Shown: piece by piece, positions 32,289 through 42,684 of the stretch | Position numbering within the stretch: the stretch's first letter is position 1 | Layout of the letters: the number at the start of each line of letters is the position of its first letter | Source of the DNA: Thermodesulfobacteriota bacterium | GTDB lineage: Bacteria; Desulfobacterota_D; UBA1144; Nemesobacterales; JAJCZQ01 | Length of the DNA stretch: 64,000 bases | NCBI GenBank assembly: GCA_965215275.1 | Contig: OZ244044.1 | Span: 32,001 to 96,000, forward strand | Direction: 5' to 3' | Notes under the pieces: generated by a model | What the model was told of the DNA's origin: nothing | The model's input: only the letters and a program-made list of their open reading frames with translations | The model's database searches: none | Position numbers and translations under genes: made by a program

Positions 32289-34035
32289 CTCTGTTAATAC
32301 CCGTTATTTTGTTTTTCAGTCTCCGTTCAGCGTCTTCGCCGTCGATGTTTTCCCTGTTAGTTCTGATCAGCTCAAGAGCACGTTCATAGGTTCTGATCGC
32401 TTTTATCTTATAGCCTTCCTTAAGGTAGGCGTCACCTAAATGCTCTCTGATCGTTGGGTTATCCGGGGAAAGCTCTGACGCCAGTTCGAGATGTTTAATT
32501 GCCTCTGATAATCTTCCCTGTTTATAATAAACCCAGCCAAGGCTGTCGATTATGTATCCGGTGTTTGGAGAAAGCTTTATGGCTCTTTTTATATATTCTT
32601 CAGCTTGCTTAAGATTAACGCCGTCATCAGCGTACGTGTAACCCAGGAAATTAAGTGCGTCAACGTGATCCGGGTTCAGGGATATTATACTTTTCATTAT
32701 TTCGATGGATTTCTTTTTCTGGTCGTCGGAGAAGTACACAAAGGCCAGTAAATAAAGAATGTTTTCGTTACTGGGTTCCGTTTTTAAGTATTTTGAGTAT
32801 ATATCCGTTGCCTTTTCATATCTTTTCTCTTTTTCATAAAGGCCACCCAGATAACTTATAATCAACTCGTTGTCTGGCAGTGCTGAATAAGCCGTTTCGA
32901 GAATTTTCAGGGCCTCTGGCATATTGTCCGTCTGCTGTTCTATGAACGCCTGCTGAACCACTGAATCGTCATAGAACTCTGATGTAGCGGGAATATTCTT
33001 TAATATCTTCTGGGCGGTTTTATAATCTTTCTGTCCTAGGTGGCTCAGTGCTTTGTAGTATATGGACGTTTCATGTTCAGGTCTGAACTGCAGTATATAG
33101 TCCAGCTTCTCAATTGCCTGTGCAAACCTTTTGATCTTGAGATTCACCGCGGCGACCTTGAGTTTTATATCCAGGCTGTTCGGGTACAGCACCTCGGCGT
33201 TCTGTAACTGTTTCAGTGCTTCACTGTATTTCTTCATTTTGTATAGATAATTTCCATATTGTTCGTATACGTTGAGATTGTTCGGGTAATGCCTCAGCAG
33301 GGCTAAATAATGCTTTTCTGCTTTTTTAAAGTTACCCTGGGTTTCCTCTATGGACGCGAGAGCAAGTATTGCCACGAAGTTCTTTGGATTTACCTTCAGC
33401 AGTTTTAAGTACAGGGATTTGGCTTCCTGGATGTTCTTTTCCTTTATAAGTATCTCTGCCAGAAAAAGAAGGGCGTTCTCATCATCAGGATCAATGCTTA
33501 TGGTTTTTTTAAGAAAGGTCGCAGCTTTAGGATTATTTCCCTCTCTTATGTAATGCAGCGCCAGGAACAGGTACGAGTTTGCATCACTGGGGTCGATATC
33601 GATCGCCTTTCTGAAGTACCTTTCTGCCATTTTTTTGTCTTTTGTGTATGGAGAGGTCGAAACGATCTTTCCAAGGAGTTTGTACGACTCCAGGTGCCTG
33701 GGATTAAGTTTAATTGCCTGCTCCAGCTTCTTTTTTGCATCTGAAACACGATTTACCGCGGTATAAAGCTGTGCAAGAGCGTATTTTATATGAGGTGATC
33801 CTGGATCTGACCTTTCGGCGACCTTCATGTGTTTTATTGCCAGCCGCAGGTCATTATTGTGATAAGCAAGCATTGAGAGGGAAAAATTATAATAAGACCT
33901 GTAGGATCTTCCCTTGTATTGAGAGGTACCCCATTTTTTTATGACCGTGGTATCGTCGGTCCTGACAGGTGCACATGACACGAGCAGTACCATGGCGACA
34001 AAACCGCATAGGATGTAAGATAAATAGTTAGGCAT
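32278..34035 (-). CDS. TPR-repeat lipoprotein
   Basis: LVSC lipobox, many TPR units, ALNFLGY..DSLGWVYY. Confidence 0.92.
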   Translation of the reverse strand: MPNYLSYILCGFVAMVLLVSCAPVRTDDTTVIKKWGTSQYKGRSYRSYYNFSLSMLAYHNNDLRLAIKHMKVAERSDPGSPHIKYALAQLYTAVNRVSDAKKKLEQAIKLNPRHLESYKLLGKIVSTSPYTKDKKMAERYFRKAIDIDPSDANSYLFLALHYIREGNNPKAATFLKKTISIDPDDENALLFLAEILIKEKNIQEAKSLYLKLLKVNPKNFVAILALASIEETQGNFKKAEKHYLALLRHYPNNLNVYEQYGNYLYKMKKYSEALKQLQNAEVLYPNSLDIKLKVAAVNLKIKRFAQAIEKLDYILQFRPEHETSIYYKALSHLGQKDYKTAQKILKNIPATSEFYDDSVVQQAFIEQQTDNMPEALKILETAYSALPDNELIISYLGGLYEKEKRYEKATDIYSKYLKTEPSNENILYLLAFVYFSDDQKKKSIEIMKSIISLNPDHVDALNFLGYTYADDGVNLKQAEEYIKRAIKLSPNTGYIIDSLGWVYYKQGRLSEAIKHLELASELSPDNPTIREHLGDAYLKEGYKIKAIRTYERALELIRTNRENIDGEDAERRLKNKITGINRDDT

Positions 34036-34229
34036 GTTACTGTTCCTGCTGATCCCAGGTTTAGAATATCAATATAGTGAGGAAATAACAACGGCGTTAT
34101 CAATACTTGCGGACGTTACAAAGAGTTTAGATGGCAGGAATGGCAGTTCCCTGATGTTAAGGTAGTCAGTATATTCCTTTCTGCTTCACTGTAGTACGGC
34201 TTTTGTCTGATTGAAAATAGTTACGGCCG

Positions 34230-36338
34230 TTAAAACTTTGAAAAATCATATATACGGGAAAAAAGATCCTTTATTTCGTTAAGTAAGGCTAATCGGTTGT
34301 TCCTTAACTCCTTATCTTTATCCATTACCAGGACCGAATTAAAAAAGTTATCCACCGGTTTTCTTAAGGTTTTTATTCGGTTGAGTGCCTTTACGTGGTC
34401 TTCCATCGGTTTTCTTATTTTCTCGAGTGTTTTTATATGGTCCTTTACCGGATTTCTTATAGTTTTTATCTGACTGCGTACCTTTGTATATTCATCGTAA
34501 AGGATTTTTTCTGATCTGTCTTTAAAAAGGTCCATGTCTAACTTGGTCCTTGTTTTGTTTTTTGTAATATTCGCAATACGTTTGAAAACGGCTGTAAGTT
34601 CGTCAAAGCTTTTTTGTTTTTTAAATCTTTCCATAGCTCTTATTCTGTCGTGGCTGTCAAGAACGTTGTCAAAACCGGTTGAAAGCACTGAATCTATAAC
34701 GTCGTTCGAATAGCCTTTTTCCAGTGACAGGTTCTTAAATCTTTCGGAAACAAAGTTCATGATCTCAGGAAGGACCTTGTCCGTACTGGTCGTGGTGGTT
34801 ATTTCTTTCAGCACGGTACTGAACATGGTCTTCAGGTTAAAGTTCAGTTTCATCTTTAGAACGATCTGTATGATACCGATCGCCTGTCTTCTGAGTGCGT
34901 GAGGGTCGGCGGAACCAGTTGGTTTTAATCCGGTTGCAAAACAGCAGGATATGTTATCGACCTTATCTGCTATACTGAGCAGTGCACCTGTCTCCGTTCC
35001 GGGCAGGTTCCCGTCTCGTTCCCTGGGCATGTAGTGTTCTTCTATTGCCGTGGCGACCCCGGTCCTGACCCCTGATCTTTTAGCGTAGTGTTTACCCATG
35101 GTTCCCTGAAGTTCAGGGAGTTCAAACACCATTTTTGACACCAGGTCTGCCTTTGACAGATTTGCCGCTTCGATCAGACGGCTGACCAGATCAGGACCAT
35201 GATCTTTTGAATATACTGCGAGTTTTTCTGCAACCTTCTTTAATCTTTCCGTTTTTTTATAGTAACTTCCGACACCGGAGAGAAATACCATATCTTTAAG
35301 CTGGACCAGATTGTTCTCCAGTGGTTTTTTTATATCCTCGTTCCAGAAAAACTCCGCGTCCCTGAACCTTGCTCTTAAAACCCTTTCATTGCCTTTCACT
35401 ACGTGTTCGTTATTTACAACGCGGGTACCGCAGACAAAGATAAAACAGGGCAGGAGCTTTCCGGATCTTGAGGACACGGGAAAATATTTCTGGTGTTTCT
35501 GCATCACGCTTATAAGGACTTCCTTGGGTATTTTGAGAAAGCTCTTTTCAAACGTTCCGTAAAGCACGACCGGACGTTCGACCAGGTTTGTGACCGTGTT
35601 GACGAGTTCTTCATTTTTTTCAGCCGTTCCGCCCAGTTCCGATGCCAGCCTTTGTACCTCATCTTCTATGAATTTTTTTCTTTCAGATTGATCCAGAAGT
35701 ACGTCCCTTTTTTTCAGTTGGTCCATATAGTCGTTCCAGCTTTTGGGTGAGAAGGGTCCTGGTGAAAGGAACCTGTGACCGTAGCTTTTCAAGCCGCTTT
35801 TTATATCCTCCAGTTCGAATACGAGTCTTTTAGTATTGTAGACGCACATTATCCACCTTATGGGCCTTGCAAAAGTCATTTTTCCGCAGCCCCACCTCAT
35901 TGATCTTTTAAAGCGGACCGAACTGATTACCTTCGGAAGAACGGTCTTTAGGACCTCACTGGTCTTTCTTCCTCTGATCTTCTTTTTAAACGTGAGGAAC
36001 TCCCCGTTATCTCGCCTGACCACGTCAAGCTGATCAACGCCTATCCCGTGGGACCTTGCAAACCCGAGAGCTGCTTTAGTGGGTCTTCCGTCACTGTCGA
36101 AGGCTGTTTTTTTCGGTGGACCGAAGTTTTCAACTGTTTTTTCCTTCTGGTCCGGCAAAAGGCCGGAGACCCTTACCGCTAACCTCCTGGGAGTATAAAG
36201 GACTTCTGTGCTTTTGAACGTAAGTAAGTTCTTTTCAAGCTCCTTACCTATTAATGCATCTATGTCTTTTGCGTACTCTTCTAGGAACAGGGCAGGGATC
36301 TCCTCACTTCCTATTTCAAGCATCAGTTCATTTTTCAT
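34230..36338 (-). CDS. glyS: Glycine--tRNA ligase beta subunit
   Basis: [30 protein letters not shown]. Confidence 0.98.
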   Translation of the reverse strand: MKNELMLEIGSEEIPALFLEEYAKDIDALIGKELEKNLLTFKSTEVLYTPRRLAVRVSGLLPDQKEKTVENFGPPKKTAFDSDGRPTKAALGFARSHGIGVDQLDVVRRDNGEFLTFKKKIRGRKTSEVLKTVLPKVISSVRFKRSMRWGCGKMTFARPIRWIMCVYNTKRLVFELEDIKSGLKSYGHRFLSPGPFSPKSWNDYMDQLKKRDVLLDQSERKKFIEDEVQRLASELGGTAEKNEELVNTVTNLVERPVVLYGTFEKSFLKIPKEVLISVMQKHQKYFPVSSRSGKLLPCFIFVCGTRVVNNEHVVKGNERVLRARFRDAEFFWNEDIKKPLENNLVQLKDMVFLSGVGSYYKKTERLKKVAEKLAVYSKDHGPDLVSRLIEAANLSKADLVSKMVFELPELQGTMGKHYAKRSGVRTGVATAIEEHYMPRERDGNLPGTETGALLSIADKVDNISCCFATGLKPTGSADPHALRRQAIGIIQIVLKMKLNFNLKTMFSTVLKEITTTTSTDKVLPEIMNFVSERFKNLSLEKGYSNDVIDSVLSTGFDNVLDSHDRIRAMERFKKQKSFDELTAVFKRIANITKNKTRTKLDMDLFKDRSEKILYDEYTKVRSQIKTIRNPVKDHIKTLEKIRKPMEDHVKALNRIKTLRKPVDNFFNSVLVMDKDKELRNNRLALLNEIKDLFSRIYDFSKF

Positions 36339-37209
36339 CTTTGTCCCTTAGCAGAGGAAAGCTTAGCTTCTGTCTGTTTTGCAGGTAGGATTCGGCACAC
36401 ATGTTAGCAATACTTCTCACTCGGGCAATATAACTGGCCCGCTCCGAGACGCCGATCGCTCCCCTTGCATCTAACAGATTGAAAGTATGGGAGGATTTCA
36501 GACAGTACTCATAAGCCGGTATAGGCAGTTCTTCTTCGATCAGCCTCTTACACTCTGATTCGAACTTTGTGAACATATCTGCTAACATATCAGGGTCGGA
36601 CAGTTCAAAGTTGTATTTTGAGGACTGCAGTTCGTTCTGATGAAAGATCTCTCCATACGTTATCTCGTCGGTCCATTTAAGATTAAAAACGTTATCAACC
36701 CCTTGCAGGTACATGGCGATCCTTTCCGTTCCATAAGTTATCTCGGCAGAAACGGGGTCTAGGTCAATACCCCCGGCCTGCTGAAAGTAGGTGAACTGGG
36801 TTATTTCCATCCCGTCAAGCCAGACTTCCCAGCCCAGCCCCCATGCACCAAGGGTCGGGGACTCCCAGTCATCTTCCACGAACCTTATATCGTGCTCAAG
36901 CGGGTCTATTCCCAGGAACTTAAGACTGTCCAGATAAAGCTGCTGAATATTCGCTGGTGATGGTTTTATCAGGACCTGAAATTGGTAGTAATGCTGAAGA
37001 CGGTTCGGGTTATCTCCATATCTTCCGTCAGCCGGTCGTCTTGATGGTTCAACGTAAGCCACGCTCCAGGGCTCTGGTCCCAGACATCTTAAGAAAGTGG
37101 CAGGATTAAAGGTTCCTGCACCCTTTTCAGTGTCATAGGGCTGAACTATTATACAACCCTTTTTTACCCAAAAATTTTGCAGATTAATTATCAGTTCTTG
37201 AAAGTTCAT
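36328..37209 (-). CDS. glyQ: Glycine--tRNA ligase alpha subunit
   Basis: [28 protein letters not shown]. Confidence 0.99.
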   Translation of the reverse strand: MNFQELIINLQNFWVKKGCIIVQPYDTEKGAGTFNPATFLRCLGPEPWSVAYVEPSRRPADGRYGDNPNRLQHYYQFQVLIKPSPANIQQLYLDSLKFLGIDPLEHDIRFVEDDWESPTLGAWGLGWEVWLDGMEITQFTYFQQAGGIDLDPVSAEITYGTERIAMYLQGVDNVFNLKWTDEITYGEIFHQNELQSSKYNFELSDPDMLADMFTKFESECKRLIEEELPIPAYEYCLKSSHTFNLLDARGAIGVSERASYIARVRSIANMCAESYLQNRQKLSFPLLRDKDEK

Positions 37210-37226
37210 TGTGCAGGTTAGTTAAA

Positions 37227-37481
37227 GGGAATTATATACAAACTGCTCTGAAAATATAACTGACCGTTTAAAATACTATAATTATTTCCTACGGCTTGCT
37301 GAAATGATCTGTCTGCTTGATCTGCTGAAAAGTTATTGGTCCTGATCAGAAATCCCATCAGACGGGCAAGAGGTAAACAAAGATTCAAACAGAAGATGAA
37401 GGTATTAAGAGCGGTCGGCAGATCTGATTTATGCGTGTTGCTTGATAAATATGGATTATAGGGAAAACAGTATATGATCCA
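37227..37481. mobile_element. Possible MITE-like relic bounded by two inverted copies of the dispersed motif
   Basis: GGGAATTATATACAAACTGCTC at 37227 and an inverted GGGAAAACAGTATATGATCC at 37461; no target-site duplication seen. Confidence 0.35.
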
Positions 37482-37621
37482 TGAACTTTGTAATAGACAC
37501 CGGATATATCTGCTTGACAGATCTTTATAATGTTTTTTTCCATCCTGTATTTTCATTCATAGTTCATTATATTATTGACATATTTACAAAGTTGTAAGAA
37601 AATAGCTGCTTGTTTTTCTCA

Positions 37622-37696
37622 GAGTGCGTAGCTCAGAGGGAGAGCGCTTGCTTGACATGCAAGAGGTCGCAGGTTCAAATCCTGCCGTGCTCACCA
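37622..37696 (+). tRNA. tRNA-Val (anticodon GAC)
   Basis: Acceptor stem GAGTGCG/CGTGCTC, anticodon arm CTTGC-TTGACAT-GCAAG, GGTTCAAATCC T-arm, encoded CCA; TTGACA at 37575 upstream. Confidence 0.97.
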
Positions 37697-37716
37697 TATT
37701 TGGGAACTGTCAACTT

Positions 37717-39624
37717 ATGAAGATCAGTATTAAAGATGGTGAAGAAAGGGATTTTCCACCTGGCTTGAGCATTGGGGATATTCTGGATGCCTTCGGGTTA
37801 AAAGATGACTGCATCGGGGCCAAAGTAGATGGAGTTATTGTGGACCTCTGGCACAACGTTGAGGGAGATTCTGAAATCGAACTGGTAAGAAGCAGGTCCG
37901 AGGATGGTCTGCACCTTATAAGGCATACAGCTGCACATGTTATGGCCGAGGCGGTACAGTCCCTTTATCCAGAAGCTAAGGTAACCATAGGTCCTGTAAT
38001 TGAGAATGGATTTTATTATGATTTTGATCTTTCAAGGGGTTTTACTCCTCAGGACCTGGAAAAGATAGAAGAACGTATGGAGGAAATAATTGCGGAGAAC
38101 AGGCCAGTTACCAGAAGGACGGTCTCAAGGGAAGAGGCAGTTGATATATTTACCAGGAATGGCGAGAGCTATAAAGTTGAAATAATCAAGGACCTGCCTG
38201 CAGGTGAGAGTATTACGATCTACGATCAGCAGACCTGGTATGATCTGTGCAGGGGTCCCCATGCTCCGTCAACGGGACTTGTGAGCTCTTTCAGGCTTAC
38301 CGGTTCTGCCGGTGCTTACTGGAGGGGTAATGAGAACAACCCCATGCTTCAGAGGATCTACGGCACTGCGTTCTGGGACAGAAAGGGGCTCAGGAAACAC
38401 CTTGATCAGCTTGAGGAGGCAAAAAAAAGGGACCATCGCAAACTTGGTAAGGACCTTGATCTGTTCAGTATACAGGATGAGGTCGGTTCAGGACTTGTGC
38501 TTTGGCATCCCAGGGGCGCCAGAGTAAGAAAGGTGATTGAGGATTTCTGGCGACGGCAGCATGACAGAGCTGGTTATGAAATACTTTTTACCCCTCACGT
38601 TGCCAGGCTTGATTTGTGGGATACGAGCGGTCACACGGACTTTTACAGTGAGAATATGTTCTCTCCGATGGAGATGGGGAATTTAAAATATCAGATAAAG
38701 CCAATGAACTGCCCATTTCATATAATGATCTACAAAAGTAAAGTAAGAAGCTATCGTGACCTGCCTTTAAGATGGGCGGAGATCGGAACCGTTTACAGAT
38801 ATGAGAAGTCCGGAGTTCTTCACGGGCTGCTTCGTATACGTGGTTTTTCTCAGGATGATGCACACATATTCTGCATGCCCGATCAGCTTAAGGATGAAGT
38901 TATCGGTGTTATGAACCTGACGATAAGTTTTCTGAAGACCTTTGGGTTCAGCGACTATGAGATCTATTTATCTACAAGTCCGAAGAAGTTCATAGGGGTT
39001 GAGGAGGACTGGAGAGAGGCAACGGATGCGATCAGAGAAGCTTTGGAAACCCTTGAACTGGATTATGAGGTTGATGAAGGTGGAGGGGCGTTTTACGGAC
39101 CAAAGATAGACCTTAAAATTAAAGATGTACTTGGAAGGTCCTGGCAATGTTCGACGGTCCAGGTGGATTTCAATCTTCCAAAGAGATTTGACATGAACTT
39201 TGTAGGTGATGATAATACTCGCCATACTCCTATAATGATCCACAGGGCAGTTTTTGGGTCTATAGAGAGGTTCTTTGGAATACTGATAGAGCATTACGGT
39301 GGAGCGTTCCCATTCTGGTTGAACCCTGAGCAGGTCAGGGTTGTAACTGTGGCGGAAGTTCATAATGTTTATGCCGAAAGTGTCTGTAACGAATTAAAGG
39401 CTTTAAACTTCAGGGTAGAAAAGGACCTTAGAAATGAAAAGCTTGGATATAAGATCAGAGAAGCAGAGAACATGAAGGTTCCTTATACACTGATAATAGG
39501 ATCTGAAGAAGTCAAGTCTCAGACCGTGTCTCCAAGAATGCATGGAGGAGAGAAGTTAAGTTCAATGAGCCTTAGTGACTTTATTGAAATAATACGGAAA
39601 GAGAACCAGATAACTTTATCTTGA
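37717..39624 (+). CDS. thrS: Threonine--tRNA ligase
   Basis: RHTAAH, DLCRGPH, RDHRKLG, KPMNCP; true start is ATG 37717, after the tRNA. Confidence 0.99.
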   Translation: MKISIKDGEERDFPPGLSIGDILDAFGLKDDCIGAKVDGVIVDLWHNVEGDSEIELVRSRSEDGLHLIRHTAAHVMAEAVQSLYPEAKVTIGPVIENGFYYDFDLSRGFTPQDLEKIEERMEEIIAENRPVTRRTVSREEAVDIFTRNGESYKVEIIKDLPAGESITIYDQQTWYDLCRGPHAPSTGLVSSFRLTGSAGAYWRGNENNPMLQRIYGTAFWDRKGLRKHLDQLEEAKKRDHRKLGKDLDLFSIQDEVGSGLVLWHPRGARVRKVIEDFWRRQHDRAGYEILFTPHVARLDLWDTSGHTDFYSENMFSPMEMGNLKYQIKPMNCPFHIMIYKSKVRSYRDLPLRWAEIGTVYRYEKSGVLHGLLRIRGFSQDDAHIFCMPDQLKDEVIGVMNLTISFLKTFGFSDYEIYLSTSPKKFIGVEEDWREATDAIREALETLELDYEVDEGGGAFYGPKIDLKIKDVLGRSWQCSTVQVDFNLPKRFDMNFVGDDNTRHTPIMIHRAVFGSIERFFGILIEHYGGAFPFWLNPEQVRVVTVAEVHNVYAESVCNELKALNFRVEKDLRNEKLGYKIREAENMKVPYTLIIGSEEVKSQTVSPRMHGGEKLSSMSLSDFIEIIRKENQITLS

Positions 39625-39742
39625 GATAAATAACGGTTATATAGATGTTATTGGTGTTTTTGTGTAATATAGTTAATATAGTATTGACAAGAAATAGTAA
39701 ATGTGATAAATACTGATATAAGAATAAGTTGGAGGAGAAATT

Positions 39743-41074
39743 ATGAAAAAGATTTTCGTTCTGTTGTTGATGCTTACTTTGTTTTTTACCGTTTCATGTG
39801 ATGATGACGACGGAGGTGTGCAAGGTGAAGCAATACCAAGAAACAGTGTGTTAATTTTCCATCCTAATCCTGACGGTGACGAAGATGTTGAAAGGGATGT
39901 AACAGGGTTGGAGGAATACGGAAAAGAAGATGTACGTGTCTTTGACAAATTCAGGGATGTCCTGTCTACAGGCAATTCAGGTTGGGCTGCTTATAGATGG
40001 AGTTCTGATCATGCTGCTAGTGCTGCTGGTGATGATACTGCCGATACTGCGGATTGTAATGGTGCCTATAAGGTTTCTTACTTGGAAAGAGCGGCAGAAA
40101 ATGCTTATCGTTTTGTAGGGGCAGGGATCTGTCTTGATGGCCGCACTATTGATAACATTTATACCGATGGTACCTATGACGGTAAAGATGAGGACCCCCC
40201 TGGTGATCCAACCGGTATCCCTCATACCGACGCCAGAATTGCAAATCTGCAAAAACTGGTTGATGATACTACACTACTTGTAGATAATATTTCTCATCCT
40301 TCTAGCGATACCATTATTAATGATAAAATTACTGAGACTTGTGGTACACATTCTACTCCAACGGCTATAGGCAGCATAACTGATATAAACAATGAAAATG
40401 GAGAACTTTACCTGTTTATAGCAGAGGTAGAAGTAGATGGTACATTAGTATCTTCAGTAGTGTCTTCAGTAGAAGTCTTATGTCATCCTGATTCAGACAT
40501 AGAAAGCACAGATATATACGAAGCTACGGATGATTCTGGAAGGGCGTATATAAAAGAAGTAGTAGATGAGCTATTTAGCTTAGAAATTATTCATGACCCA
40601 GAAACATTAAAGGACCAGTTCAATGACCATGTAGATGAAGGTGTCTGGAGTGTACACACGGCTCCAAAACTTAACGAAGCAGGAAACGCCCTGGAGTCTG
40701 ATACTTTGAATGATCCACCTAAGCTCAGTTATTTCAGGATATCTGGTAACATTATTAATGACGACTATGATCCTGAAGCTGCAACTATAGATCCAGCGAA
40801 CTTAAGACGATTTATAGTAGGTGCAGGGATATATCTGGACGAAAATAACGAGAATGCTGCCGATGGTGTAGAACTTGAAGGAATTAGAAGCAGGGTCAAA
40901 GAGCATGCTGGAGTCTTGTTAGAGGCGGAGGCAGAAGCGGAAGCAGCAGAGGAAGAATTTAACAGTGACGGTACGTTCTTTGATAATGATGACGGAAACG
41001 TAGACGACACTGATTTTTATTCGACAGCTATGTTAGAGGAAGAGGAATACATTTTTGTCTGGGAAAATCGGTAA
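39743..41074 (+). CDS. Acidic lipoprotein with Cache-like domains (paralog A)
   Basis: Lipobox FTVSC; GWAAYRW..KVSY..FVGAGI, LYLFI..LCHP..DDSGRAYI..KLSYF..IVGAGIY; SD GGAGGAG. Confidence 0.8.
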   Translation: MKKIFVLLLMLTLFFTVSCDDDDGGVQGEAIPRNSVLIFHPNPDGDEDVERDVTGLEEYGKEDVRVFDKFRDVLSTGNSGWAAYRWSSDHAASAAGDDTADTADCNGAYKVSYLERAAENAYRFVGAGICLDGRTIDNIYTDGTYDGKDEDPPGDPTGIPHTDARIANLQKLVDDTTLLVDNISHPSSDTIINDKITETCGTHSTPTAIGSITDINNENGELYLFIAEVEVDGTLVSSVVSSVEVLCHPDSDIESTDIYEATDDSGRAYIKEVVDELFSLEIIHDPETLKDQFNDHVDEGVWSVHTAPKLNEAGNALESDTLNDPPKLSYFRISGNIINDDYDPEAATIDPANLRRFIVGAGIYLDENNENAADGVELEGIRSRVKEHAGVLLEAEAEAEAAEEEFNSDGTFFDNDDGNVDDTDFYSTAMLEEEEYIFVWENR

Positions 41075-41143
41075 TTCCCGTTAGTTTTTCATTCTCGAGC
41101 GATCAGCAAGAGATGATGTGACGGATGTATTAGAAGAATGCAA

Positions 41144-41191
41144 GCAGGGTTAATTGAGTGTCATCCTGACGGTCAGTTAACCCTGTTTTTT
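41144..41191 (+). terminator. Intrinsic terminator after paralog A
   Basis: CAGGGTTAA...TTAACCCTG stem followed by a T run. Confidence 0.8.
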
Positions 41192-41554
41192 GTTGTGTGT
41201 GTGAATATATTTAATATCTATAAACTTATGGATGGTTTTGGCAAAGGAGCACACACAAGGTTGGTATTAGATATCAGAGGCAGTAGAGGAACTGAAAAGC
41301 ATTACTGATACTTGATGAAATGCATAAAAAGTTGAAAGTGCATTTGAGTAATCAGAACTAATAAGGTAGTATATCACTGTAATGGTTCGGTATGTAACCG
41401 GGGGATGGTATTCTTATTAAACTCTTATATAATGGATAAACTGGAATATAGGGTATGAACTGGTGTTTGAGAACAGGTAATACATACCGCGATGTAAACT
41501 TATTTAAGTGATAAAACGGGTGACTAAAACGGATATTATTGGAGGTAAAGCGGT

Positions 41555-42097
41555 ATAGCAAGGTATAGGGGTAATTATCAATCTAACAGGACCCCTGAGA
41601 CCAGAGTTAATTCAAGGATCAGGGTACCAGAAGTAAGGCTTATTGACGTTGATGGAGCACAGTTAGGGGTTGTGAACACTCAGGATGCCTTGGGAAGAGC
41701 TAAAGAGCAAGGGGTTGATCTGGTGGAGGTGGCTTCCAGTGCAAGCCCGCCGGTTTGCAGGTTGATGGATTATGGTAAGTATAAATACGAACAAAAGAAG
41801 AATCAGGCTTTAAAGAAGCAAAAGAGCCAAACTACCAAAGAGATAAAAATGCGACCGAATATCGGGGTAGGGGATTTAAATGTAAAGCTGAACCGTATCA
41901 GAGAGTTCCTTAACAATGGACATAAAACAAAGATCAGGATATTTTTCAGAGGAAGAGAGATCATTCACACTGACATAGGACGTCGGCTGGCGGAAAGGGT
42001 GTATGAGGAACTCAAGGAGATCTCAACCATAGAACTGGAGACAAAACTGGAAGGGAAGAACTTAATAATGGTTTTATCACCGATGAGGAAGAATTGA
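41555..42097 (+). CDS. infC: Translation initiation factor IF-3, ATA start
   Basis: In-frame RVNSRIRVPEVRLID upstream of the called ORF; GGAGGT 8 nt before ATA; PPVCRLMDYGKYKYE. Confidence 0.95.
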   Translation: MARYRGNYQSNRTPETRVNSRIRVPEVRLIDVDGAQLGVVNTQDALGRAKEQGVDLVEVASSASPPVCRLMDYGKYKYEQKKNQALKKQKSQTTKEIKMRPNIGVGDLNVKLNRIREFLNNGHKTKIRIFFRGREIIHTDIGRRLAERVYEELKEISTIELETKLEGKNLIMVLSPMRKN

Positions 42098-42103
42098 GAA
42101 AAA

Positions 42104-42307
42104 ATGGCAAAGATAAAAATGAAGACCAACAGGAGTGCGGCCAAGAGATTTACATTCAATGCCGGTGGAAAGATAAAGAGGAACAGAGGCGGGGGCAGTC
42201 ATTTAAACGCTAAGAAGAGTGCAAAAAGAAAGAGGAGATTGAACGGGAAGGTCTACCTGGAAGGCAGCAGTGCAATAAGGATAAAAAGTTACGTTCTTAA
42301 TGTGTAG
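42104..42307 (+). CDS. rpmI: 50S ribosomal protein L35
   Basis: KMKTNRSAAKRF; operon position. Confidence 0.97.
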   Translation: MAKIKMKTNRSAAKRFTFNAGGKIKRNRGGGSHLNAKKSAKRKRRLNGKVYLEGSSAIRIKSYVLNV

Positions 42308-42327
42308 GTTTTTACAGGAGCTGGTAT

Positions 42328-42684
42328 ATGCGAGTTAGAAAAAGCGTAGCATCAAGAAAGAGAAGAAAAAGGGTTCTGAAACTTGCCAAGGGATACTGGG
42401 GGCGAAGAAAGAACAATTTACGAAGAGCAAAGGAAACTTTAAGAAGGGCATTTGCCTATGCTTACAGGGACAGAAGACGAAGAAAGCGGGATTTCAGAAG
42501 ACTCTGGATAATAAGGATCAATGCTGCTGTCAGACCTTTTGGTATATCTTACAGCAGGTTCATTAATGCTTTAAAGCGATCAAATGTAGACCTGGACAGG
42601 AAATCCTTATCTGAAATGGCTATAAGGGACCCAGAGGCATTTAAATGCGTGGTCGAGGTTGCAAAAGGAACATCAGCTAAATGA
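42328..42684 (+). CDS. rplT: 50S ribosomal protein L20
   Basis: KRDFRRLWIIRINAA, DRKSLSEMA. Confidence 0.99.
   Translation: MRVRKSVASRKRRKRVLKLAKGYWGRRKNNLRRAKETLRRAFAYAYRDRRRRKRDFRRLWIIRINAAVRPFGISYSRFINALKRSNVDLDRKSLSEMAIRDPEAFKCVVEVAKGTSAK

Noticed and set aside
37218..37556. 112-aa minus-strand ORF upstream of glyQ
   Set aside because: Unconvincing composition; it overlaps the motif-bounded intergenic segment.
37624..37716. N-terminal extension of ThrS in the ORF track
   Set aside because: This stretch is the tRNA-Val gene; the real start is ATG 37717.
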